A stretch of DNA of 64,000 nt from the NCBI GenBank assembly GCA_965178125.1, contig OZ237746.1:62001-126000 (forward strand). The letters run 5' to 3'. A program made the position numbers and the translations under genes. Under the pieces are notes generated by a model. That model searched no databases. It was not told the origin of the DNA and was given only the letters and a program-made list of their open reading frames with translations. Every line of letters starts with the position of its first letter. Position 1 is the first letter of the stretch. Of this stretch, positions 27,139 to 38,735 are shown one piece after another. This stretch comes from Bilabrum cf. latius (Eukaryota).

Positions 27139-30100
27139 TCATGTCCCGTGCTCCACCCACAAAACAGCTGCGCCAAGCCCCCGAAGCGCCTCCAAGACTC
27201 GCCCTCGGCTGGCCCCATCAAGTGCACTCCACGCCTCGTCCGCCAGCAGCAGCCGGGGCGGGGGGCTCCTCAGCAGCAGCCTCGCCACCGCCACCCGCTG
27301 CAGCTCGCCCGCCGACAGCTGAGAGTGCCAGTCCCCACTGCGGCCCAGCTGACGAGCCAGCGATTCCAGCCCCACCGCCTCCAGCACGCGCTCCATCTCG
27401 GCGACATCCACGGGCTAGAGCGACGCACTCGTCACACCAATTGGAACACCAGGCCCCGCTCCCCCCTCCTCCACGCTAGATGTCCACTGCCAGCACGCCT
27501 CGCAGCACGACTCGCACTCGTCACACGAGCAACCCATGCACCCAGCCGCACCCTCCCCAGTTGCCTCATCAGGCTCCTCCCAACTGACAGCGCCACAACC
27601 AGCACCAGCACCAGCACCAGCACCAACCCCCGCTAGCAGACTCGAGGGTGCCCTCCTGCCGGTGCCCATGGCTAGCGCCAGAGCCAGCGGGACACCCTCG
27701 GGGATGTAGGGGAGGGGGCCCAGCCAGGCCACCGGGCCCGGGCTGCACTGCACTGCGGTGGAGAGCGCACCCTCGCGGGCTGGCACCCGGATGCTTCCAC
27801 TGGCAGCTCGCCGCAGCCCTGCAATGCAGTGCAACAGCGTGGTTTTCCCCGCCCCGTTCCTGCCGCTGACCCTCCACCATTCCCCTCGACAGGCCTGCAG
27901 GGACACGGGGCCCGGCGGCAGCGGTCGAGCAAGCCGCTGGTGGTTACGCTGCAGTCTTGCCACGCCTGGTATTGCTTGTACCGCAGGGACATTGCTCTGC
28001 ATGGCATGTCCTGCAACCACCGCCTGCATCTCGAGCTCGATGGGACCAGTTCCGGCGTCAATTGCGGCCTGCCCTCCGATTGCATCTCCACAGTGCACTG
28101 CATCTGGAGCTGCCAGAGACACCTGCACATCTGCCCCCAGCTGCTCATCCTATCCTCCCCCCTACCGCCGCCCCCCCTCCCCACCGCACTCGTCACACCC
28201 CTCGCACCGCCTCACCAGCTGCAGCACCCTCGCCCCCACCCCCATGAGCTCGGCGGCAGAGGCCAGGTAGTCCGGGAGGGCGCACATGTACAGGTTCAAA
28301 GAGATGAGCAAAGAGGACAGCGCGTACAGCGAGGCAAGCGACATCCTCCCCGTCCCCTCCTCGTCGCGCCCCTGTTCCCCTCCCGCCGCCCCCTGCGCCG
28401 CAGCAGCCGCAGCCACTGCCGTGAACGCATACGCGATCCCCGTGCCACCCCTCGCTGCCACCAGCGCCGCCAGCCTGGCGGGCGTCTCGAGCAGCACCAG
28501 GGAGTGCGCCGCCGCCAGCAACGAGGCCATCCTCGCGTCAGCGGTATCTCTCTCCCACTGTTCCCCGCCCAGACCAGCCACCGCGTCCGCCCTGTCCCTG
28601 GCCCTCGCGTGCCCCCGCCGCAGCACGCCCTCCCGCCTGCGCACCTCCCACACCGCCTGGGGAACAGGCTGCAAGAGGCACCGCGCCAGGGCCAGGGCGG
28701 CCAGCGCGAATAGCACACATAGCAGCACGGCCAGCCCACTGAGCCGACTGGCCGCCACCGCCGCGGACAGCAGCCCCGTGCACACCTGCACCAGCGACAC
28801 CCGCCCCCTGGCCCCCCACAGCGCCACCCCAAGGAGGTGCCCAGCCCTGTCCGTGTCCTGGGCCGCGCGCTGGTCCAGCCCGTCGCTCTCGCCCCCGGCA
28901 CCTGCCCCTGTGCCTGTACCTTCACTTGTTACACCTGAGTGCAGTGCACCCGGCGCCCTTGTTCCCTGGCCCTCCGCCCCCTCTGTCGCACCTGCGCCAC
29001 TTCCGTCCTGGCCCTGGGTGCCGCGCGCCAGGACTGGAAGCAAATGGGACCCAGGCGCCGCGATCGTGCGATGCACCCGGGCGGTCACCCTGCGGAACCA
29101 CCTCGCGCTCACCGCGGCTCCCAGCGATTGCGACCCGGCGTTCAGCGCCGCTGCCAGCGCATACGTCCCTGTCCCCACCCAGAAGGCCGCCCAGAAATCG
29201 TGGAACCTCAGCTCCACGATTGCCTGCAGCGCATCCCCCACCACGAAGGCCTTGGTCACGGACACGAGAGCGAGGAGAACCTCCAGCACGAAGGTGAGGG
29301 CCAGGAGGAGCCAGTCCAGGGACACCCGCCCGATGGGCAAGCCAAGTGTGATGAGTGCACCGCAGTCCCAGACGCCAGCCGCGGCTGCCTCGAAGCAGCC
29401 CCTGCACACACAGCCGCCTGCATGACCCGCCCGCTTGCTCCCATCGTGTGACGATTGCCCGGATGCGGGCCTGCGCTGAGTCTCGCCAGACGACCCCAGC
29501 AGGGGCAAACGGTCCGAGACTGGGGGTGCCACGTGTGCATTGGGAGCAGCGCTAGCGGCTGCCAGCCCCCCAGTGCCAGCGGATAGAGAAGGGACCCTCG
29601 CTGGCGAGCACGTCTCGATGGCTGGTGCACACTAGCCCAAGCCCTTCCTCGTAGCCCCATCCTAGTGCTCTCCATGGCTAGACGCGCTGCCAGTGCTACT
29701 CGCAGCAGTTGCATCAGTCCCCATCGCGCCCAGCTGCAACGCCTTCACCTGCCCCTGCTCCCATCCGGCCTCGACCAGCGCCTGCCTCGTCCTATCTTCC
29801 TGATGGGTCACCAGCACCACGGTACAGCCCACCTCTCTCAAAGCACGCGCACATGCCCTCAGCCCCTCGTCGTCCTGTGCCCCCAGCGCCTCGTCCGCCA
29901 GCAGCAGCCGGGGCGGGGGCCTCCTCAGCAGCAGCCTCGCCACCGCCACCCGCTGCAGCTCGCCCGCCGACAGCTGAGAGTGCCAGTCCACTGGAGCTCG
30001 TCTGTAGTCCTTGTTCCCCAGCAGCCTCTCTTGGATGCTTAGTGATAGATCCAGGGCTTGCAATGCCCGGGTCACCGCATCACGTTGTGCACCCGCATAT

Positions 30101-32533
30101 CCAGCCGTGTCTGGTCCATTGAGCTGACCCGATCTACCACCACCATAGCTTGCAGGCAGCCTATCAGCCGAGGCCCCAGCAGTCACGCCAACCCCTGTCC
30201 CTTGGGTATCGCCGCACCTGTCTCCATCTCCCTCCTCCGGTGCAATCACCATCGCACGGGCCATGGAGAGATAGTTCCCTGCGATCCCATCCCCTCTCAG
30301 CGACCTGCACGCAGACCAGCAGCACCCCGCTAGCCCGCCCCCAGAGGAGCCCCCACCTCCTCTCTCACCTCCTCTGCGCTCTTCGTGTACCAAGGGGTCA
30401 CGCAGGCGTCCACCCCCCTGCCCTTCGGCAGGCCCTGTGCCCCCACACCCCTACCCAGGGGCACACGGCATGGGCATCCTGCAGCAGCAGCACGGATACG
30501 GCTCCACCGCGGGGAGGAGAGCCTCGGCCGTGGCTGCAGCGGTCGATGGGAGGCCGGGCAAGGAGCCGGCCATTGCTTGCCACTGCCCCTGCGGCTCTGC
30601 CCTCGCACGGACGATTGCCGGGTCCACGGGTGCAGGGTACTGCAACGCCTGCTCTCCCGTGGAGGGGGGCACGTAGGGAGTCCCCTGCAGCAGCAACACG
30701 CTCCTGCCGAGCGATCTTCGCCTGGCGTCCTCACTCGTCACACCTGATACTCCCCGAGATCTCCCCTCGAAGACGGTACCCCCGATGGTACCCTCACAAG
30801 CCCCGGCCTTGTTCCCCGCGATTGCTCGCAGCAGGCTGGTCTTGCCACACCCCGAGGGACCAGTCACCAGCAACACCTCACCCTACCCCAGCTCAACGGA
30901 CACATTCTGACACAGAAGCTTCCCGCCTGCCTTGACGCTGACACCGGTCATACTCAGGGCAGCGGCAGCCTTCCTGCCTCCCAGCGGGCCCCCCGCCCCC
31001 AATTGATCCCCTGCATCCTCGGCCCCCCTCTCCTCCCCCAGGAGCCCCGCACGCTCACCTTCACCTTGACCTTCACCGACACCTGAGTCCAACCCCCCCC
31101 CTAGATCACTCCCATGGCCCGCACTCGTCACATCCAACACGGCCCTCACCCTCACGGCCGCGCCCAGCGTCGGACCCAGCCCCAGCAAGAGCCCAGGCAG
31201 GGCGCACAGTGCCCCGATCAGGTAGGCGGCGCCGGCGGCGGCAGAGGCCACGTCAGCGGCACTGGCTGTACACGGAGCATCGTCTGCACCGCCATGCAGT
31301 GCCTGTGACCGCACCAGTCCCCTCAAGGCTCCGGCACAAGCAAGCCCCCCCTACTCGCCCCCCATCGACCCCACCCCCATCCCCCCGCTCCCCTCCCCCG
31401 AGCATGAGACGAACATGCCCCCGTGCTGCACCCCCAGCGCGATGCACGCATAGCACAGCACCCACGGATAGGACGCCTGCAACCCGCTCCACGTGCCGCT
31501 CGCCACCATCCAAGAGGCCAGCTCCATGCGGCGGGCAGCCACCCGGCCCGCGAGCCCCTCGAGCCGTGAGCCCAGGGAGGGCCCCAGCCCAGCCAGCACC
31601 ACCTCCTCCGCCTGACGAGTGGCCCTGTCCCACGCAAACCGGAACTGTCCCATGGCCCGGTCGGCGGCCGCGGAGAGGGAGGCCACGGGGGAGAGCAGCA
31701 GCCAGGCCACCGAGGCGCTGGCCGTTGCGAATGCAAGGGCGATGCCCACCGTGCGCGCCCCACCCACCCCTTGTGCCACGTACTGCAGGCTTATCCCCGC
31801 TGAGACGAGCGTGGACACGATCCCACCCTGGGACGTGTTGGAGGAAAAGAGGCGCTGGGCGAGCAACCGGCAGAAATCGTCCAGGTCCGATGTGGCGCGC
31901 TGGTCGAAGTCAGGGGCTGTTGCGGGTACTTTAGAGTCCATGCTATCGATCGTCGTTTTTGATTGTGCTCTGGCAAAGCCTGCCTGGTCATATATGCCGC
32001 GGTGGAGCTTTATCGCCAATGCACCCCGCATGCGCCAGCGAAGGCGCTCCCCCTGCAGTTGGCAAAGAGATGATTGGCTTACAACAAACTAACTAAAACG
32101 AAACAAGCGAGTAGATTGAGCGCTGTGTATGCATATTAGTGTCCATTGTCCTCACTGTCGTCGCCGCACCTTGCAGCAACACTGCAACGCAGCAATACAG
32201 CAACAGAGCGGCAATCACGTCGCCCCTGGCCCCTTCCCAGTCCTCATCATACAGTTTTCCGACAATGGCCGCCGATACAATGGTCGTGTGGAAAGATGCT
32301 AACGATCTGCAATGTAAGGGTACGGCACAACATGTCTTGGAGTGCCTCAAGGCCACATGCCAACAGAGAAGCTGTCCTCGCGGGACTCACGATAAGACCT
32401 AGCTGGCCAAGTTCACAAAAAGGTCGACATAAGATGCTCCTGGTTCGAGACAAAACGACGCAACCAGCAAATTCCAAGCCGCTGGCAGTGCGAAGCGTGG
32501 AGAAACGGTAGCTGTCCTCTTCTCATACTCCAT
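27139..32533 (-). CDS. Full-size (TMD-NBD-TMD-NBD) ABCD-type peroxisomal-like transporter, divergent
   Basis: Two NBDs with Walker A GPSGCGKTS and GRNGAGKTT, signature LSAGELQR, Walker B LLLADEA and H-loops. DQRATSD/DQRAAQD motifs in the TMDs. Two 5' introns; the remainder is one frame via TAG read-through, ending at TGA 27139. Confidence 0.8.
27232..29989. repeat. Pair of 103-bp near-identical direct repeats (27232-27334 and 29887-29989) in the two NBDs
   Basis: Direct comparison shows one mismatch. The repeat encodes DWHSQLSAGELQRVAVARLLLRxPPPRLLLADEA. Confidence 0.9.
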
Positions 32534-32857
32534 GTCGGCCAGCCCAACTTCCTGTTTTTTAACCTTAAGAGTCTATGCGACAAAATGCTGCAGTACTATT
32601 TATCTTGCACCTGTACAGTCCATATGTAGGTCCTCTGCACTATTACAGTGCAATGCATCCAAGTGGTTCCGCTCGGCATGATGCGCGGTGCCAGTCAGGC
32701 TTCTACTGCAGTTCGGCAACATCAGACCCTTCCACGCTACCTTGCGAGCACCGCCCGCTGGCTCAAAACGAACAGCGGAACGTGATAGCAACGAATATCG
32801 GAGTATATTGTCCAGCTCCTGCGTTTTGTTGGTTGCTGAAGCCGGGTTGATTGTGCA

Positions 32858-35800
32858 ATGCACGCCGGCTTGCGTCATGACCTCGACAGCCTGGTTCGAA
32901 AGGCGACAGTGGGGTACGGGGCCTGGTTGCTTGCGATAGCAACAGCAATAACCGCAATATACACATTTGCTATTGACCTCAGCGCATAGTCTGTCGGGTC
33001 TGAGGCTGCTTGGCGATCTGACAGAGCACACCAGCTCGATTTCAAGGTACCATCGTCAGCTCTTTCTGAAAGTGGACGGGAGCCGACTGGAAGCACCAAT
33101 GCGGCCAATGAGGCAATCAGTACTGCCTAGGTAGGCCTAGGAACTCTAGCAAGCTTCGTCTTTGCGATGAGTGTGCTTGGATTTGCTGCTGTGAGTTGTA
33201 TGCTAGGTCTCGAGTGGAGCAGGCACAGTTCTTTCTATGATTGCAGCTCACAGGCAAGGTGGGGCAGGCATTCGCTGATGACACTGCTATTATGGCTTGT
33301 TATGGTTGCTATCACAAGCGAAACGTATTTCTTTTACGTGCCGCTGCACCCTGGAGGCGGCATCTTCGGCAAAGGCCCTATAATGTTAGCCATGGGCGGA
33401 ATGCACAACTACCTTGGTATCGCCGGACGAATGATCAGGTCGCTACTGTTGGGAAACTAGTGGACGGTAAACGATATAACCGCATTTGAGCAGGCCCGCG
33501 TCGCGGCTCTGGGCCAGCCCTGGGCTAGCTCTGTGGTTGTGGTACTCACTGTCGTGGCCTCGATTATCATCGGGTCCACCACGGCGCCGCGCCCACAAGT
33601 GGAATTCAGGCTTAAGGCTGCTCGGGCAACTTGGATCGTGTCGGGGGCTCTCTGCGGCGGTCTCACGTTCACTCTTGCCGCGGGCTGCATGGGCCTGTCG
33701 CTGATCGGGGTCACGCAGAGCGTGCTCACACACGGGATGGAAGGGCTGCAGGACCTGGGGAACACGCTGGGGGTGGCAGGAGAGAACGCAAGCGTGTCTC
33801 AATTTGGTCCCGATGTGAATATCACCGGTCTGCTGCAGGCCAGCGTCGCTGGAGAGGACGGCGTGCCTTTGATCTTCCCTGCCCTGGTGCAGCTTGCGAC
33901 CAACGAGGGGCAAGCAGGTAAGCTGGAGGCCCTGGGCATGCGGGCAGGGCAAGAAGGGGTTCTGCGGGCTGCCCAGGCCTGGAGCCAGTTGGATGCAAGC
34001 GTGTCAGAGAGCGAGGCAATCGAGCTGCTGGCCCCGCAGGTGAACGACGTGACCACCTCCCAGCTGAACAGCGGGTGCCTCGTGTGGACGGCAAGGGCAG
34101 AAGCGCTCGCAGCTCACGCGGCTGTGTCTGCCCTGCGAAACCAAGCAGCAAGAGGGCCGCTACCGCTGCAGCTCTCCAACGGATTCTTCTCCATTGACCC
34201 CTCGAGAGACACAGCCAACGCCGCTGTCCCTATGCTGCCCGAGCAGCGAGCAGCGCCCGCCGCCTTTGTGCTGTTCCTGCTGATTTGCACCGTGACTACA
34301 ACCGTGTTTGCCATTTCGCTGGTTTTGACCCCCAGCAGGGGGCTGGACGAGGCCACCAGGGCAGCGGCGCAGGAGCTGAGGTCAATGGCAGGCAGGGATG
34401 GACAAGGGAATGAAGGTGGAGAGAATGATGGTGACGTGTGCTGTTCTTACCGGTGTATGCACGAGGCAACGATCGATGCTGAAGTAGCATGCGCGAGGTG
34501 GATTACCCCTGCTTGCGGGTGCTTTTAGCGCTTGTGCTGCTGGTGCGAGTGCTGCCGCTGCTGCTGCTCCATGGGTCTGCCTCGATGCTGCCACCCGGCA
34601 CTCAAGCCCGTCTTTGTGCCAGCTCGCCGCATCAAAAACAGGCGTAGAAACAAAGCCATCGCTAGCAGGGGCGATGAGTAGCATGCAGGCAGCAACCGTG
34701 ACAGGCAGGAGGAAACGGTCCGTGTGAACACCAGGCGGTGGGGCAGGGTAGGCACAACGGAGCTGAGGGTGGCGGCTTGCATGCACGAGACACTTGTCAC
34801 AGTCAGGCACTCCCTGGACCTGTGTGGGACAGACCAGGATGAAGGGCAGACGGTGGGCCACAGTGCAGCAGACAGGGCAGCTGCCGCTCGCCGCCCCTCG
34901 TCGCTCCTGGTCCGCAGCAGCCTGGCGAGGGCGCGCATGCTCGGGGCCTCTCTCAAGTTCATATCCGTGCTGCTGCTGATGGAGCTCTTTCTTGGACCAT
35001 TCACCCTAAGCCTGCTGCGGCATAGGTCCATGCGCATGTGCTAGTGTGCGACAGCGAGGGTGGAGGGGCTTGGGCCTAGCCTGGGACAGTGCGAAGACAG
35101 CGTGGCGGGTCGACCGTTGGCCGAACTTTTGGGGCCTGTCGCAATCGAGTACGTGTAGGACAGCACGGCTGTAAAGATTGTCATTCGGCTAATCCAGACA
35201 GTGCTGCGAGTGCTGCTGGTTGCTAGCATCTACGTGTATGCCAGATAGTCCAAGGAGATGGAGCAGGCCGTGGAGGTCTCGGAGAGGCAGAAAGCCGCGC
35301 TGCAGTCGAGGGTGCGGTTCCTGTCGCACGAGTGCAGGGTGCCTCTGAACTCGGTGGTGCTGGGTCTAGATTTCTGCCAGGAGGGAGCCAGCGCGACCAA
35401 GGGAGCGCTTGGGAGGCTGCACGTAGCAAGGGTGCAGTCGGACCGACTCCGACAAGCGCTTATTTAGGACTTGGATAGCGCAAGTGATGGCGTTCAGGTG
35501 AAACAGGGCTCCAGAGATCTCCGCAGGAGGCATTAGATTGCCGCCAAACAGCTGGCCTTGGACTTGGGAGAGACAACGGAGGCACTCGAGGAGGCTGTGG
35601 GTCTCTTCGATGACACGCTGCCCTCGCTCGAGGCAGCCACAGAGGCAATGCAGACCACCCTCAACGACGTGCTCGCCCTGCAGCACATCGAGTCTGGCCG
35701 CTTGCAGATCACCATGCGCCTGGCTCCCATCTTGCCTAGTATTCTAAATGAGACGAAGAAAACCTTCTTGGCCCAGGCAGAGGGAATGGGTGTCTCACTA

Positions 35801-38629
35801 GAAACGTGCAACAGGCACCCGGCCTCTGGCAAGAGCTTCGAATGCGACCCTCCGCGCATCCGAGGTGCCGTGTACAACTTCGTATCTAATGCGCTCAAGT
35901 GGTCCAGGCCTGACGAGGTGCTGGTCAAGCGGCTCCGGGATAGGGGATAGGACGTTGCTGAGGGTAGGGGCAGGGGAACACGAGACGACAGGCCCAGAGT
36001 AGTTGTGGGCTCAGCCGAGCGTCCTCCTCACCTATGGGGGGCAAGTCAGTGGCGGGAGGCCTGGTCCAAGATGGGGCCAGAGGCGTGCAGTCGGCTGCAC
36101 CGCATTGTGACGGGCCAGTATGGAGGGAAGAGAAGGAGGCCCCACCACGCCGACAGCAGGGCGAATATGGTCGAGGATATGGCGTCGAGAGACGCCTCTG
36201 GGTCAAGCCTGGCCGAGGATCGGGCGGCACCGCACACCCCAGGTCCCATCAGCGCTGGTCCCATCAGCGCTGGTGCCCTCAGCTTGTCCCAGCACGGGTC
36301 CCTACCGTCCATCGGCACAATGTTCCCCGAGAAGGGCGAGGGCGATGGAACTGCTGCATCCACGCCGGGCTGTAGTCCTCGGGTACGAAGCTCAAGGCGC
36401 AGTGTCAAGGGGCGAGGCAGCACTGGAGGCAGTGGCAGTGGCAGCGGCAGCGGAAACGAGAGCAGAAGCAGCAGCAACAGCCGCAGCAACAGCAGCGCAA
36501 TCGATGAGCACGAGTGGGCAAGCGGAAACACACCTGACTCGTAGAGCGGCACGGGTGACTCGTGGGCGGTCAGCGATGGGGAGGACCCAGACATGCTGGC
36601 AGCGGCAGAGGCAGCTGCTGCGGTGAGGAGGGGGGCGTGTGGGCCACTGTCCCAGATGCTGGAGGAAGAGGAGGACGAGGAATCGCTCGGGCGAAGACAG
36701 CCCACCGCCATCGGCATGTGGAGGCACAGCCGCGATGCAGCCAAAAGCACGCAGCGCGAAGAATGTGACCAGCTGCCCACCGAGGCCCAGATTGCCCCCG
36801 ATACTGTGGAGGTGTACGACGAGCTGCTGCGAGGAGTGGAAGAGGTATCAGCTGGAGATGATGCAGGAGTGCTTGTGCATGGGAAGGAGGGATCGGCGAC
36901 CAGCGGGATCGCGTGGGAGGAGAGCGCGTGGGCCGCCGGGGGAAATCGCGGTGGGGAAGGCGGGGTCGAGGGAAAGAGCGGTCTGTCCTCTGGCAGGTCT
37001 TCCAGCGGAGACAATGATGCTTCTAGCGCCACGAGTGTCAGAACCAGCTCTGATCAGGTCATGCCGGTGTGCATGTGGGTGTACGACGAGGGCCCTGGGA
37101 TCCAGAGGAGGGACTGGAGGCAGGTCTTCACCCCCTTCGAGACGCTGCACTCGGGCATCCTCACGGCGGAGGGGCAGGGGTCAGGACTGGGGCTGGCCAT
37201 CACCGCGACGGTGATGAAGATGCACGGGGGGTGTGTGGGCTTCAGCTCCATGCCTGGTGTGGGTAGTGTATTCTTCCTTTGGACCAAGATGCGCGTTGCA
37301 GGCGGCAGCACTGGCGTCAGCAGCCGCAGTCACAGTCAGAGCCACAGCCTGCCTGTGTCAGTCTGCGATGTCAACGACATCTTGGGGGGCACTGAAGCGG
37401 CCACCATCCAGCTGCCACCCCGGGCCATAGCCCCTGGACTGAGTCTCAGCCGACGGTCGAGCGGGAGCGACGCTGCGGGCGGCGGGCTTGGTCTGTGCCC
37501 GGGCCCAGTCAAGGAGGTTGAGGATGAAGACGAAGATGAAGATGAAGATGAGGAGGATGGAGATGGGGTAGCTGGTGTGGAGCAGGAGACGGTTCTGCCA
37601 TTCGAATCAGGCAGCGACAACCAAGAGGTCAGCACCAAAGCCGGCAGCAAAGTGCGAACGACCGGTCCGGTGCAGTCTGCAGGGTGGCGGCAGCAGGCAA
37701 ACACCGCCGGTACTCGGGGGGACAACAACTGGGCAAGGGCCGGTGTATCTACGGCCAGCGCGATGACACCTCTGCACCGTGGCAAGGGGAGTGGCAGCAG
37801 TGCGAATTGGGTGTCGGGAGGTGTCATTGCGCGGGAACAGGAAGAAGATGAGGAGGACCAAGGGGGTGCCGAGGTGGACACGAGCCAGCTGCAGGAGTCA
37901 CACCTTGCACAAGCAGACCCAAGGGCACCATCGTAGCGGTCGGAAGGCCAGCATAGTCTGGATGTCTCAAATTCAGGACCAGCACCGGCAGGGGAAGGGG
38001 CACCGGCACCGGCTGGGGCAGGGATGTTACCTGCAAGCGAGGGTGGTGGCAAGCGCAAGCAGCGCCGCGTAGTCAAGAAGAAGAGAACGAAGCGTAAAGA
38101 GGCAGAGAAGAAGCCTGAAGCAGCCGCCGGCAAGCCCTTGGGCTCAGGGTCGCAAGCAGCCGACCGCGCTAGGACAAGCGAGCCCGCTGACTCGCAGCCA
38201 CAGGGCAAGGTGGTGCTCGTGGTGGACGACAGCCGCACCAACAGGCTCTTCCTATCACGCATGGTGCGATCTGCGGATCGATCCGTTCAGGTGCTGCAGG
38301 CCAGTGATGGGCAGGAGGGGCTGGATGTGCTCAAGCAGAGAGCCCAGCAGATGGGAGATCAGGACCATGGGCTAGCCGCCGACCTGGTGCTGCTGGACTT
38401 CTCCATGCCTCGCATGTCCGGGCCCGAGATGGCGCGGGCCGTGCGCGAGGACAGCGACAGCCGTATCCGCGGGGTGCCGATCGTGGGTGTGACGGGCAAC
38501 GCGCTGCCCGAGGACCAGGCGTTGTTCCGGGAATGCGGGGCGCAGGACGTGCTGCTGAAACCGGTGCGGCGGGTGCAGGTTGGAAAGGCACTAGGCAGGA
38601 TGGATGAGTTGCGGGCCGCACTGGCCTGA
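32858..38629 (+). CDS. Multi-TM hybrid sensor histidine kinase (HisKA, HATPase, receiver), ~1920 aa
   Basis: H-box FLSHECRVPLNSV, N-box NFVSNALKW, G1 DEGPGI, F-box VFTPF, G2 GSGLGLAI. Receiver VLVVDD...LLDFSMPRMSG...VTGN...LLKP. Eight ORF-track pieces lie in one frame separated only by TAG, ending at TGA. Start at ATG 32858 is inferred. Confidence 0.88.
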
Positions 38630-38735
38630 ACAGAGGGAAGAGTGGTGGCCCTGTGGTGCGGTCGCAAAAGTGCACTGTACCGATGCTAACAAACCACACT
38701 GCAACTGCATTTCTTTTTTTTCAAACCTACACAAT

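Noticed and set aside
32858-35260. Histidine kinase N-terminal TM region as a rhodopsin (histidine-kinase rhodopsin)
   Set aside because: It has no RYxxW TM3 motif and no DxxxK retinal-binding helix.
32858-38629. Bacterial origin or contamination suggested by the histidine kinase and FG-GAP genes
   Set aside because: They share the TAG code and are interleaved with intron-containing eukaryotic genes. The FG-GAP gene has its own spliceosomal intron.
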